A stretch of DNA of 58,315 nucleotides from Porphyromonas sp. GTDB lineage: Bacteria; Bacteroidota; Bacteroidia; Bacteroidales; Paludibacteraceae. Location of the stretch: positions 15,808 through 74,122 of the forward strand of contig DYSC01000001.1 of assembly GCA_020726365.1 (NCBI GenBank), given 5' to 3'. Shown one piece after another: positions 38,064 through 47,251 of the stretch (position 1 is the stretch's first letter; each line of letters begins with the position of its first letter). A program made the translations under genes and the position numbers. Under the pieces are notes generated by a model. The model saw only the letters and a program-made list of their open reading frames with translations. It did no database searches and was not told the DNA's origin.

Positions 38064-40124
38064 CTAATATTGTTTTTCGTATATGAATGCCCCTTTTTCT
38101 GCAATGGAATAAAAGGCGATGGACTTATCGACACAGACTTTTCGAATATTTTCGGTATACCATGGCGAAATGCTCTTGTCGACAATAACCGTTTTTGGAA
38201 TTATATTCTCGAAAAGATAGGTTACCTTTGGCTTCGATTTATTGCCAATAATCAGTAAGTCAACGCATAATGGTGCTATGCTGGTTTTACTTTTCCAATA
38301 TTTTTCGTTAGCAATTAAAATTCGTTTATTCAGAAATTCGGCAAGATTATTCTGAAAATATTTTTGCGAATGAATTGTATCTGGCATTTCAATTTTGTTT
38401 GTTTTCCAGTATATACCGGCAAGTTTGGTGAGTTCCTGCTGATTTGAGGAATGAATATAATTTTTATTTTTGTCTATAAAATTAATATGCAAATCTTTAG
38501 ATGCTGAATATACAATGATTTTTTGAGAATGAAAGGTATTGTAAGTTGTTAGTAAAGACAAAAATGATACAACGAAAATACACGAAAGTCCGACAAGTAA
38601 TGGAATTGCTTTTTTTGTATAAAAATACAGCGAAATAAAGGTTATGGCACTAACTAATGCAAAAACCTGACTGAAATTAAGTGTGAGTATGGAAACAGAA
38701 AAGGGTAGATGATGAATTTCAACTATTAAAAAATTGAGTAATACCAACGACCATTTGAGTAGAATGGCTACAAATGTAGCAATTGTAGGTATAAATGAGG
38801 TTGCCAAAAGCGTGATAGCTAAATATATAACAATGGTTGAAAGTGGTATTGCCACAAGGTTTGTGAGCAAAAAATAATTCGGAAATTGTTGGAAATAATA
38901 CAGTGTAAATGGCAGTGTACCAATTTGAGCTGCAACCGAAACACTAAGTAAATCGCGTAGCCAACGTATGGCTTTATTTCGAGCGGGTAGAAGAGCTGCA
39001 AAAGGCTTTTGGAAGATAACGATACTGATTACCGCTGCATAACTAAGTTGAAAACCAATGTTATAAATAAAATTTGGTTCGATTAGCAGCATTAAAAATG
39101 CCGACATAAATACGGTATTGTAAATTTGCGATTTGCGTTCGAGTGAAGTGCCAATAGCTACAAACGAAAACATAAGTGCCGACCGAACTACCGAAGGCGA
39201 CATACCGGTAATAAAAGCGTAAGTCCATAGAAATAAAACGATTAAAATAGCGCGGAGAAATAATTGAAAGCGATTTTTCTTTAAAAAACTCAACAGAAAA
39301 GCAATAACAACATACACAATCCCGACATGCAAACCACTAACCGAAAGTATGTGCATGGCACCTGTGGCACTGTAACTGGCGCGCAAGTCGGGACTCAATT
39401 CGTCGGTATAACCAACAGTAAGTGCGGCCAATACAGCAAATTCGTAGTCTTTTATGCCATATTTTTCGTAAATGGCAAGTAATTTAGATCGTACAATATT
39501 AGCCTCTCTGCGAATTGAAAAAGGCGGAATTGTTTTTGTTTTATACCAATCTGAGGCATTAATGTAGGCAGTAGCGCGAATGTTATTTTGTTTGAGGTAA
39601 GCGGCGTAATCAAATCCGCCGGGGTTCTCGGCACAGGGAGGCTCTTTGAAAGTGGCTTGTACAATAAATTCATCGCCTACTAATAAGTTTTTTGCCAACT
39701 CATTTTTTTCGAAATATACCATAGCATTTCCTGTGGCTGTTTTCCATTTGTTTTGGTCCAATACCTTGTTGAGTTTTATTTCGCACCGATACGATTTTGG
39801 TTTTTCAACCGTTGCCGAATTTACCGTTACCAAAAAAGTTTTTCGTTCGCCTAATGGGTAGAAAGTGCTTTTCGATTCAGAAAATAAACAAAGTAAATAG
39901 CCCAGATTGAATAGCAATAAAAATAGTCCACTGCCAAATAACCAACGAAATCGGTATTGAATTGCTGTTTTTCGGATGAAAAACGATACTGAAATCACTA
40001 AAATTGCAACCACAACAAGAATTGTTAAGGTCAATACCGGAATTTGAAAATACCTGAAGGTAATTATTCCGAAAAGTAACGCCAACAATAACCTGAAAAA
40101 AGGTGTTCGTTGCAAAAAATTCAT
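38064..40124 (-). CDS. comEC: ComEC/Rec2 family competence protein
   Basis: NPGGFDY, HILSVSGLHVG, SPSVVRS, GFQLSY. Confidence 0.92.
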   Translation of the reverse strand: MNFLQRTPFFRLLLALLFGIITFRYFQIPVLTLTILVVVAILVISVSFFIRKTAIQYRFRWLFGSGLFLLLFNLGYLLCLFSESKSTFYPLGERKTFLVTVNSATVEKPKSYRCEIKLNKVLDQNKWKTATGNAMVYFEKNELAKNLLVGDEFIVQATFKEPPCAENPGGFDYAAYLKQNNIRATAYINASDWYKTKTIPPFSIRREANIVRSKLLAIYEKYGIKDYEFAVLAALTVGYTDELSPDLRASYSATGAMHILSVSGLHVGIVYVVIAFLLSFLKKNRFQLFLRAILIVLFLWTYAFITGMSPSVVRSALMFSFVAIGTSLERKSQIYNTVFMSAFLMLLIEPNFIYNIGFQLSYAAVISIVIFQKPFAALLPARNKAIRWLRDLLSVSVAAQIGTLPFTLYYFQQFPNYFLLTNLVAIPLSTIVIYLAITLLATSFIPTIATFVAILLKWSLVLLNFLIVEIHHLPFSVSILTLNFSQVFALVSAITFISLYFYTKKAIPLLVGLSCIFVVSFLSLLTTYNTFHSQKIIVYSASKDLHINFIDKNKNYIHSSNQQELTKLAGIYWKTNKIEMPDTIHSQKYFQNNLAEFLNKRILIANEKYWKSKTSIAPLCVDLLIIGNKSKPKVTYLFENIIPKTVIVDKSISPWYTENIRKVCVDKSIAFYSIAEKGAFIYEKQY

Positions 40125-40192
40125 TAGGGTTAAAGTATTTGTATATCAATCAATTATTAACTTTGAGTTTTTTGTGTAAAAAAAAGCTATAA

Positions 40193-40231
40193 CACTAAGT
40201 ATCACAAAGCTTCACACAAAGTAACACAAAG
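40193..40231 (+). repeat. CACAAAG-type short repeat, four units
   Basis: CACTAAG 40193, CACAAAG 40203, 40215, 40225. Confidence 0.6.
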
Positions 40232-40261
40232 TTTTTTGAGAAACGTGATATGCCTAATTTG

Positions 40262-40909
40262 TCAACATTTCAAGTCAATAATCATTTGCTGCGGATTGGT
40301 AGCATTGTAAACGGTGCTTCCGGCAACCAATACATTTACACCATGCGCAAACAGTTTGGGAGCGTTTTCGAGTGTTACGCCGCCGTCAATTTCAATCAGA
40401 CAATCGGGATTCATTCGGTCTATCATTTCTTTTAATTCGTCGATACGGCTGTATGTTTCTTCGATAAATTTCTGTCCGCCAAAACCTGCAAAAACCGACA
40501 TAAGTAGCACCATATCCACTTTTTCGATAAATGGTTCGAGTACTTTTACCGGAATGTCAGGATTTACGCAAATGCCCACTTTTATACCTTCAGCACGAAT
40601 TAACCGAATCACTTCATCCGGATTTTCAGTAGCTTCGTAATGGAAAGTAAGCACGCCGGCTCCCGCTTTTGCAAAGCGTTGCACGTATTTTTCGGGTTGC
40701 ACAATCATAATATGCACATCTAACATTTTTCGGCAGTGCTTTTTTACGGCTTCAATTACCGGAAAACCAAACGAAATATTAGGAACAAATACACCATCCA
40801 TTACATCGAAATGCAGCCATTCGGCTTCGCTTGCATTTATCATTTCGCACATGGCTTGCAGGTTGCCAAAATCGGCCGAAAGCATCGAAGGAGAGATTAT
40901 TTTTGTCAT
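40262..40909 (-). CDS. rpe: Ribulose-phosphate 3-epimerase
   Basis: SPSMLSADF, HFDVMDG, DVHIM, GFGGQKF, IDGG; -7 box at 40942-40949. Confidence 0.97.
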   Translation of the reverse strand: MTKIISPSMLSADFGNLQAMCEMINASEAEWLHFDVMDGVFVPNISFGFPVIEAVKKHCRKMLDVHIMIVQPEKYVQRFAKAGAGVLTFHYEATENPDEVIRLIRAEGIKVGICVNPDIPVKVLEPFIEKVDMVLLMSVFAGFGGQKFIEETYSRIDELKEMIDRMNPDCLIEIDGGVTLENAPKLFAHGVNVLVAGSTVYNATNPQQMIIDLKC

Positions 40910-40955
40910 AAAATTTTTAGATAATTAATTAAAATAGTTTGCAAAAGTAATAATT

Positions 40956-42026
40956 TTAACGTAAAGGTGAATAAAATTTCGCCTTTTCTCCTCTCAAAAT
41001 CCGCAATCCAGCAAGTGCTAAAGATTCCATTTCATCTTCGCCGGGATATACAACCAAATGAGCAATTGGTGATATCATTTTTTTTATATAGTTCACTACA
41101 AAGATGTTATGGGCAATACCGCCAGTCAGAATCACTGCATTTACATCCCCTTCGAGGGCAGCTATCATGGCGCCAATTTCTTTGGCTACATTGTAGGCCA
41201 TTGCTTCGAGAATTAATTTAGCGTGTTTGTCGCCATTGGTGGCGCGGAGTGTGGCTTCCTTTGTATCGTTTGTGCCTAAATGGGCAACCAAACCACCTTT
41301 CCCAACCAGCAATTTGTGAATTTGGTCTTTGGTATATTCACCCGAAAAACACATATTAATTAAAGCGCCTGCGTCAATAGTTCCGGCACGTTCGGGCGAA
41401 AACGATCCAAAACCATCCAATGCCTGATTGGTGTCAATTACTTTTCCTTTTCGGTGTGCCGCTACCGAAATACCTCCACCAAGATGGGCAATGACTAAAT
41501 TTAGTTTTTCGTAACCGCTGCCAATGTTTTTGGCATATTTTCGTCCGATAGCTTTGTGGTTGAGCGCATGAAAAACTGAGCGACGTGGAAATTGAGGCAA
41601 ACCACTTATTCGTGCTACTTCCTTCAATTCGTCCACCACCACAGGGTCGGTAATAAAAGCACGACAACCGGGAATTCTTTGCGAAATTTCGCGAGCCAAC
41701 ATCGCCCCAAGGTTACTCGCGTGTTCGCGACCGGTTTTCATATCGTCAATCATCGCATCGCACACTTCGTAAGCTCCCGACTCTACGGGGCGCATCAAAC
41801 CACCACGACCAACAATGGCCGAAAAATCCTGTAAGTTAATATTTTCGTCAGTCAGCGTTTTTAAAATAATTGACTTCCGAAATTCGTATTGATCGAAAAC
41901 GCTTTTGAAATCAGCTAACTCTGCACTCGAATGCCGTATGGTGTGTTCGCATTGAACTACTTCATCGTTGTAAATAGCTATCTTTGTAGAAGTAGAGCCA
42001 GGATTGATGGATAGTATTTTAAACAT
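40956..42026 (-). CDS. buk: Butyrate kinase
   Basis: INPGSTSTK, GRGG, HASNLG, HALN, HLGGGIS; true start ATG 42026. Confidence 0.95.
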   Translation of the reverse strand: MFKILSINPGSTSTKIAIYNDEVVQCEHTIRHSSAELADFKSVFDQYEFRKSIILKTLTDENINLQDFSAIVGRGGLMRPVESGAYEVCDAMIDDMKTGREHASNLGAMLAREISQRIPGCRAFITDPVVVDELKEVARISGLPQFPRRSVFHALNHKAIGRKYAKNIGSGYEKLNLVIAHLGGGISVAAHRKGKVIDTNQALDGFGSFSPERAGTIDAGALINMCFSGEYTKDQIHKLLVGKGGLVAHLGTNDTKEATLRATNGDKHAKLILEAMAYNVAKEIGAMIAALEGDVNAVILTGGIAHNIFVVNYIKKMISPIAHLVVYPGEDEMESLALAGLRILRGEKAKFYSPLR

Positions 42027-42030
42027 TTTT

Positions 42031-42094
42031 TGATGTGGTGATAAGTTGATGTGATAATGTGATGATGAGTTGATGTGATGATATGTTGATAAAA
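42031..42094 (+). repeat. Octamer tandem repeat, 8 units
   Basis: TGATGTGG TGATAAGT TGATGTGA TAATGTGA TGATGAGT TGATGTGA TGATATGT TGATAAAA. Confidence 0.85.
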
Positions 42095-42129
42095 TTCGTA
42101 CAAATTCGTAGCTAAAGAAAAATAAGTGG

Positions 42130-42705
42130 TTAAGTAGGCTTAGTTGTATCCCGTTTCCTTTCGGGATTTTTGGCAATAAAATCTTTCCAGCCGGAGTATG
42201 CTTTGCTTGATTCGGGTCGTCCCAATTGCAAAAAATGGCAGTAAGCTGCTGCTAATCCGTCGGTTGCATCTAATTGTGGCAACATTTGTTCCTGCGGAAT
42301 ATTGAGATAGCGACGAAGCATATCAGCCACTTGTTCTTTTGAAGCGCTTCCACTTCCGGTGATGGCCATTTTTATTTTCAAAGGCGCATATTCTGTTATC
42401 GGTACATCGCGGTACAAGGCAGCCGACATGGCAACTCCTTGTGCCCTACCTAATTTAAGCATCGATTGCACATTTTTTCCATAAAAAGGTGCTTCAATAG
42501 CCATAAAATCAGGGTGAAACTCGTCGACTAAGGATAAAGTACGTGCAAAAATGCGTTGTAATTTCAGGTAATGATCTTTGTATTTTTTTAAATCGAGTAC
42601 ACCCATGGCAAGCATTTCGGTTTTGTTTCCGTTCACTTTCAAAATGCCGTAACCCATAATTGTTGTACCAGGGTCAATGCCAAGTATAATTGTTTCTTTG
42701 TTCAT
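42130..42705 (-). CDS. ruvC: Holliday junction resolvase
   Basis: ILGIDPG, AIEAPF, KLGRAQG, ASKEQV, DATD. Confidence 0.96.
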   Translation of the reverse strand: MNKETIILGIDPGTTIMGYGILKVNGNKTEMLAMGVLDLKKYKDHYLKLQRIFARTLSLVDEFHPDFMAIEAPFYGKNVQSMLKLGRAQGVAMSAALYRDVPITEYAPLKIKMAITGSGSASKEQVADMLRRYLNIPQEQMLPQLDATDGLAAAYCHFLQLGRPESSKAYSGWKDFIAKNPERKRDTTKPT

Positions 42706-43010
42706 TATTCAACAATTTCGAGTACGGTGGAGAAAAACTGCACATCGTTGCCGAATGCTTTTTGAAAATTTTGTTGAAATTGGGTGGCATTTTGGTTGTG
42801 CCAATCCATAAGTGTAGGCATATCGGCAATATGAAACTGAACGGAATACGAAACACCCTGTTCATCTTCACTTCCTACAATTTTTGCAATTTGTGGTTTG
42901 CTAAACTGCTTGTCGACCAACATAAACGGAATGTGTTGGAGTTGAATCCATTCAATCCAACTATCTGTAATTGAATTTGATACTTTGTATGTCGTATTGA
43001 ATATAAGCAT
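42705..43010 (-). CDS. DUF4286 family protein
   Basis: [22 protein letters not shown]; -7 box at 43030-43037 on the minus strand. Confidence 0.8.
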   Translation of the reverse strand: MLIFNTTYKVSNSITDSWIEWIQLQHIPFMLVDKQFSKPQIAKIVGSEDEQGVSYSVQFHIADMPTLMDWHNQNATQFQQNFQKAFGNDVQFFSTVLEIVE

Positions 43011-43059
43011 AAGTGTGAAATATTTTGAACAAAAATACAACTAATTTCTAAAACTTATG

Positions 43060-43067
43060 TATCTTTG
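43060..43067 (+). promoter_or_regulatory. -7 promoter box for tRNA-Ala
   Basis: TATCTTTG 24 nt upstream of the tRNA. Confidence 0.7.
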
Positions 43068-43091
43068 CACCGCAATTTCAAAATCAAGTAC

Positions 43092-43165
43092 GGGGGTTTA
43101 GCTCATCTGGCTAGAGCGTAACACTGGCAGTGTTAAGGTGATCGGTTCGAGTCCGATAATCTCCA
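43092..43165 (+). tRNA. tRNA-Ala (GGC)
   Basis: Acceptor GGGGGTT/AATCTCC with G3:U70, anticodon arm TAACA-CTGGCAG-TGTTA, T-loop TTCGAGT; CCA not encoded. Confidence 0.95.
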
Positions 43166-43262
43166 CAGGCTTGAAAATCAAAGGATTAATTCGGCACAGA
43201 GCTGTTTTAGTCTTTTTTTATGTAAAAAAAATGCAGATTCATTCATTTTTCAATAAATAATG

Positions 43263-43270
43263 TAACTTTG
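43263..43270 (+). promoter_or_regulatory. -7 promoter box for tRNA-Thr and possibly the downstream operon
   Basis: TAACTTTG 15 nt upstream of the tRNA. Confidence 0.7.
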
Positions 43271-43285
43271 CAATCTGAAAATATT

Positions 43286-43358
43286 GCCTTTTTAGCTCAG
43301 TTGGTAGAGCAATTCATTCGTAATGAATAGGTCTGGGGTTCGAGTCCCCAAAAAGGCT
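43286..43358 (+). tRNA. tRNA-Thr (CGT)
   Basis: Acceptor GCCTTTT/AAAAGGC, anticodon arm ATTCA-TTCGTAA-TGAAT, T arm TGGGG-TTCGAGT-CCCCA; CCA not encoded. Confidence 0.95.
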
Positions 43359-43378
43359 CAAAAAAAGACACACACTTT

Positions 43379-43720
43379 ATGTTGATGTTCGAAAGTTCCA
43401 TATTTGCTTCGTTTATACCTCAAATACTTATGTTGGTAAGTTATTTGTCGTGTTTACTGATACCTGGACTTCACCTGACACCTGCAAAAGCGGATATTCC
43501 TGTCAAATACATCGTAATCACTCAGCAAGAAGTGGCTTCTGTGCCGGTAGCCATTGTAAATTATGTTGATTTTGCCCAACAGGCTGTTATTTCAGATACT
43601 GTGAAAGTAGAACCGCTATTCTGTTTTATTTCTCAAAAACTCTTCCCGCTTTCTCCGCATCCTTTAGCGGAATTTGATTCATTTCGTTTCTTTTCTCGCC
43701 CCCCTCCATTTTTTTGTTAA
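43379..43720 (+). CDS. Small protein with an N-terminal hydrophobic segment and C-terminal FSRPPP; candidate arrest/leader peptide
   Basis: 113-aa ORF (alternative start 43385); IPQILMLVSYLSCLLIPG, ends FFSRPPPFFC*; directly upstream of a TonB-dependent receptor. Confidence 0.7.
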   Translation: MLMFESSIFASFIPQILMLVSYLSCLLIPGLHLTPAKADIPVKYIVITQQEVASVPVAIVNYVDFAQQAVISDTVKVEPLFCFISQKLFPLSPHPLAEFDSFRFFSRPPPFFC

Positions 43721-43737
43721 ATCAATTCATAGGAATT

Positions 43738-43904
43738 GGTTGGGCTTAGGTATTTATGCCCTAGTACCACGCAGCATTTACTTTTTTGGTAAATGCGCCC
43801 TTTTATTTTCAACATATTCATAATACTCAATAGTCATCTACAATTGTAATTGCAGTAGATGCTTTTAGGTTATTTTAAGCGTACAAATAGTATGGCTTAG
43901 AATA
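43738..43904 (+). promoter_or_regulatory. Structured intercistronic RNA (four hairpins), candidate attenuator
   Basis: Stems at 43738-43768, 43774-43796, 43835-43861 and 43871-43904. Confidence 0.45.
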
Positions 43905-43936
43905 ATCGGGAGGTACAATTAATACGATTTCAAAAA

Positions 43937-46021
43937 ATGTATAATACAACTAAAACTGTACTTTTTGCAGGCTTAATATTTGTTTTTACAACTGTTAAAG
44001 CCAAAAGTAATACAGTTGAAAAGATAGATTCTATTACTTTAAACGAGCTTGTGGTTCAAGCATCGCGTAATCAAACAAGTCTTAAATCAATTTCAAATTC
44101 GGTTACTTTGCTAAATTCCAAACAGATTGAATCGCTTGGGTTAAATTCGCTGACAGATGCCACTTCCACGGTTGCTAATCTTTTTATGCCCGATTATGGG
44201 TCTAAATTAACTTCTCCCATTTACATTCGGGGCGTGGGCTCACGTATCAATGCGCCTTCGGTGGGTTTGTATGTCGATAATGTGCCTTATTTCGAGAAAG
44301 CTGCTTTTAACTTCGATTTTTTCGAAATAAGTAGGTTAGAGGTGCTTCGCGGACCGCAAGGAACCGAATACGGTCGAAATACTATGGGCGGAATTGTAAA
44401 TATTTTGACTAAATCGCCGCAATATTATCAAGGAACGGATGTGAATGTGCAAGCTGCAACGCATGGAAGCTATTTATTTACAGCGGCTCATTATGCCAAA
44501 GCGAGCGATAAGTTGGCGTGGTCGTTGGCACTGAATTATAGGCATAATGATGGCTTTTTTACAAACGATTATTTAAATAAAAAAGTAGATATGCTCGATA
44601 CGTATGGATTGCGTAATAGGTTGATATATACGTTGAACGAGCAATTTTCAATCGAAAATATTTTGAGTTTCGAGAATAGTATTCAAGGCGGTTATCCTTA
44701 TGCGCAGTACTTTGCGGCAAACGATTCGGTGGCAAAAATTCGCTATAATCAGGCAAGTGGTTACAATCGTCAACTTCTTTCCGACGCATTGGTACTCAAA
44801 TATGCTGCACCAAAATTCGATCTTTCGGCAATAAGTTCCTATCAATATTTAAACGACAAACAAGCTATCGATCAAGATTTTAGCATCGATTCATTGTATT
44901 TTATTATTCAGCGCCAGCACCAAAATATGTTTTCGCAAGAAATAACCATTCAGGCTAAAAAGAACAAAGGATACAATTGGTTATTTGGCGGTTATGCTTT
45001 CAGACAGCAATTTTTTAACGATGTAGAAGCAAATATCTACAAACAAAAATTAAATACCTTGAAGGAATACGACCATACAATAACTGGAGGTGCTTTTTTT
45101 CATCAATCTACCTTTCGGAATTTTCCGGTAAAAAATATGAATATTGTGGCAGGAGTACGCTTTGATACTGAAAATGACCGAATGGACTACCGATACGTAC
45201 GCACAAAAAACAGTCAAAGTACTACCTTAGCCGATACAATTTACAATCCACTCGTTTCGCTTCAGGTGCTGCCCAAATTTTCGATTAATTACAAAATACA
45301 TTCAACAAATGTGTATGCTTTAATTGCGCGGGGATACAAAACGGGTGGTTTCAATTCTACTTTTGAGCGCCCCGAAGATTTGACTTTTGAGCCGGAATAT
45401 AGTTGGAATTACGAAGTGGGAGTGAAGTCAACGCTTTTTAGAAATCAAGTATTTTTGGAAGCTTCTCTATTTTACATCGATTGGAAAAACCAACAGATTT
45501 ATCAAACAACGCCAAGTGGAACAGGTTCTATGCTTAAAAATGCGGGGCATTCAATAAGTAAAGGTTTTGAACTGGCGCTCAATTCGGCTTCTATCGCCGG
45601 TTTTGAACTCATGGCTTCGTACGGTTTAACCGATGCTAAATTTGAGGAAAATGTGCTCAATGACACCACCAATTACAGCGGAAATTTTATTCCTTACGTG
45701 CCAAAACATACTGTGGCTGGTCAATTAATGAAAACGTTTCAGATAGAAAATTCCAAATTGTTGAATAAAATTGTGTTAAGTACTTTATTCAAAGGTACGG
45801 GCGAGATTTATTGGAACGATAAAAATTCGCATAAACAGGCGTATTACAGCCTATTGGATGCACGTATAAGTTTTGTGCGTCAGAATTTGAAATTCGACAT
45901 TTGGGGTAGTAATTTAACTTCTACGCGTTACGAATCTTTTTATTTTGAAGCGCTTGGTAAAAGTTTTGTACAGACTGGGAAGCCATTGCAAGTGGGTGTT
46001 AAACTTTCGGTAAATTTTTAA
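43937..46021 (+). CDS. TonB-dependent receptor (FyuA-like siderophore/tetrapyrrole type)
   Basis: Signal peptide, TonB box LNELVVQA, plug IYIRGVG and LEVLRGPQGTEYGRNTMGGIVNI, GYKTGGFN, C-terminal Phe. Confidence 0.92.
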   Translation: MYNTTKTVLFAGLIFVFTTVKAKSNTVEKIDSITLNELVVQASRNQTSLKSISNSVTLLNSKQIESLGLNSLTDATSTVANLFMPDYGSKLTSPIYIRGVGSRINAPSVGLYVDNVPYFEKAAFNFDFFEISRLEVLRGPQGTEYGRNTMGGIVNILTKSPQYYQGTDVNVQAATHGSYLFTAAHYAKASDKLAWSLALNYRHNDGFFTNDYLNKKVDMLDTYGLRNRLIYTLNEQFSIENILSFENSIQGGYPYAQYFAANDSVAKIRYNQASGYNRQLLSDALVLKYAAPKFDLSAISSYQYLNDKQAIDQDFSIDSLYFIIQRQHQNMFSQEITIQAKKNKGYNWLFGGYAFRQQFFNDVEANIYKQKLNTLKEYDHTITGGAFFHQSTFRNFPVKNMNIVAGVRFDTENDRMDYRYVRTKNSQSTTLADTIYNPLVSLQVLPKFSINYKIHSTNVYALIARGYKTGGFNSTFERPEDLTFEPEYSWNYEVGVKSTLFRNQVFLEASLFYIDWKNQQIYQTTPSGTGSMLKNAGHSISKGFELALNSASIAGFELMASYGLTDAKFEENVLNDTTNYSGNFIPYVPKHTVAGQLMKTFQIENSKLLNKIVLSTLFKGTGEIYWNDKNSHKQAYYSLLDARISFVRQNLKFDIWGSNLTSTRYESFYFEALGKSFVQTGKPLQVGVKLSVNF

Positions 46022-46024
46022 TTT

Positions 46025-47224
46025 ATGAGTGAAAGAAATTGGCATAAATTTCCAGTGCTTTTTAGCCTTTACATTGCACAGTCAATCCCCATGAGCTTTT
46101 TCTCAACGGTTGTACCTGTCATAATGCGTCAGGAGAATTATTCCTTATCTTCAATTGGTTTGTTGCAACTGGTAAAACTTCCCTGGACATTAAAGTTTTT
46201 GTGGGCACCTTTGGTCGACAATAAAGCGCGTAGCACGAAGGAGTTGAAACGTTGGATTTTAATTTCGGAGTTGTTTTATGCGGCTATCATTTTTTCTATT
46301 GCCTTTTTTAATCTTCAAACCGATTTCAAACTGATTATTTTCTTAGTAATTATAGCATTTATAGCCTCAGCTACGCAGGATATTGCAGTGGATATTTATG
46401 CCATACTTTCGCTCAAAAAATCGGAAAGAAGCCTTGGGAATAGTATGCAGTCGGGTGGAAGTTTTGTCGGTTCGTTTTTCGGAACAGGTGTGTTGCTGGT
46501 TGCATACCATTATTATGGATGGTCTAATGTGCTAATTATGTTGTCGGTATTTGTTTTGGTGGCAGTAGCGCCTTTATTTATTTCGAAGCGAGAGTTACCT
46601 GCCGACAATGTTGAAAAGGAGCGTGTTAGTTTAAAAGATGTTTTATCATTTTTTAAGCAAAAAGGAAAGTTTAGGCAAATAATGTTGTTGATTTTTTATT
46701 ACTCAGGGCTGATAGGAATTATGGCTATGCTAAAACCGTATTTGGTCGATTTGGGCTATAATGTAAAGGAGATAGCGTTTATGTCGGGTATTTTTGGAAC
46801 GCTCACAGCAGCTGTTTCTACGCTTGTAGGTGGCTATTTGATGCAGAAAATCGGTCGGCGAATGGCACTTTTTGTGTTCTTGACCATGAGTTTGGTCGCA
46901 GGGCTTTATTTTCGGTATCTATCGGGTATTGAGCCTTCTCAGGCAGCTTTATACATCGGAATCGGTATGGTGTGGTGTGCTTATGGCTTATCCACTGTTG
47001 GTATTTATACTATTTCGATGGATGCCGTGCGGAAAGGTCGTGAAGGAACTGATTTTACCATTCAAATTGTGATTACACATATTGGTAGTTTACTTGTGGC
47101 AACTGCGAGTGGAAAAATAGCGAACGAGTTTGGTTATAGAGGATTATTTAATACCGAAATACTGCTTTCGATTTTTGCTTTTCTAATTTTGTTATATGCC
47201 CTACCGGCAAAGATAAAAGAATAA
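46025..47224 (+). CDS. MFS permease, AmpG/RhtX/FptX/YbtX-like
   Basis: LYIAQSIP, LPWTLKFLWAPLVD, ATQDIAVD; about 12 TM helices. Confidence 0.88.
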   Translation: MSERNWHKFPVLFSLYIAQSIPMSFFSTVVPVIMRQENYSLSSIGLLQLVKLPWTLKFLWAPLVDNKARSTKELKRWILISELFYAAIIFSIAFFNLQTDFKLIIFLVIIAFIASATQDIAVDIYAILSLKKSERSLGNSMQSGGSFVGSFFGTGVLLVAYHYYGWSNVLIMLSVFVLVAVAPLFISKRELPADNVEKERVSLKDVLSFFKQKGKFRQIMLLIFYYSGLIGIMAMLKPYLVDLGYNVKEIAFMSGIFGTLTAAVSTLVGGYLMQKIGRRMALFVFLTMSLVAGLYFRYLSGIEPSQAALYIGIGMVWCAYGLSTVGIYTISMDAVRKGREGTDFTIQIVITHIGSLLVATASGKIANEFGYRGLFNTEILLSIFAFLILLYALPAKIKE

Positions 47225-47251
47225 TTTTTTTTTATAAAATAGAATATTATT

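Noticed and set aside
38064-38560. ComEC lacking a recognisable metallo-beta-lactamase C-domain
   Set aside because: The frame is intact and a degenerate C-domain is common in Bacteroidota ComEC
42031-42094. CRISPR array or His-rich N-terminal extension of Buk
   Set aside because: Units are 8 nt with no spacers and no cas genes; the His-rich peptide is just the repeat read in frame upstream of the true start at 42026
43908-43913. GGGAGG as a Shine-Dalgarno sequestered by the RPPP codons
   Set aside because: It lies 23 nt from the start codon, only 5 bp are complementary, and Bacteroidota rarely use SD pairing
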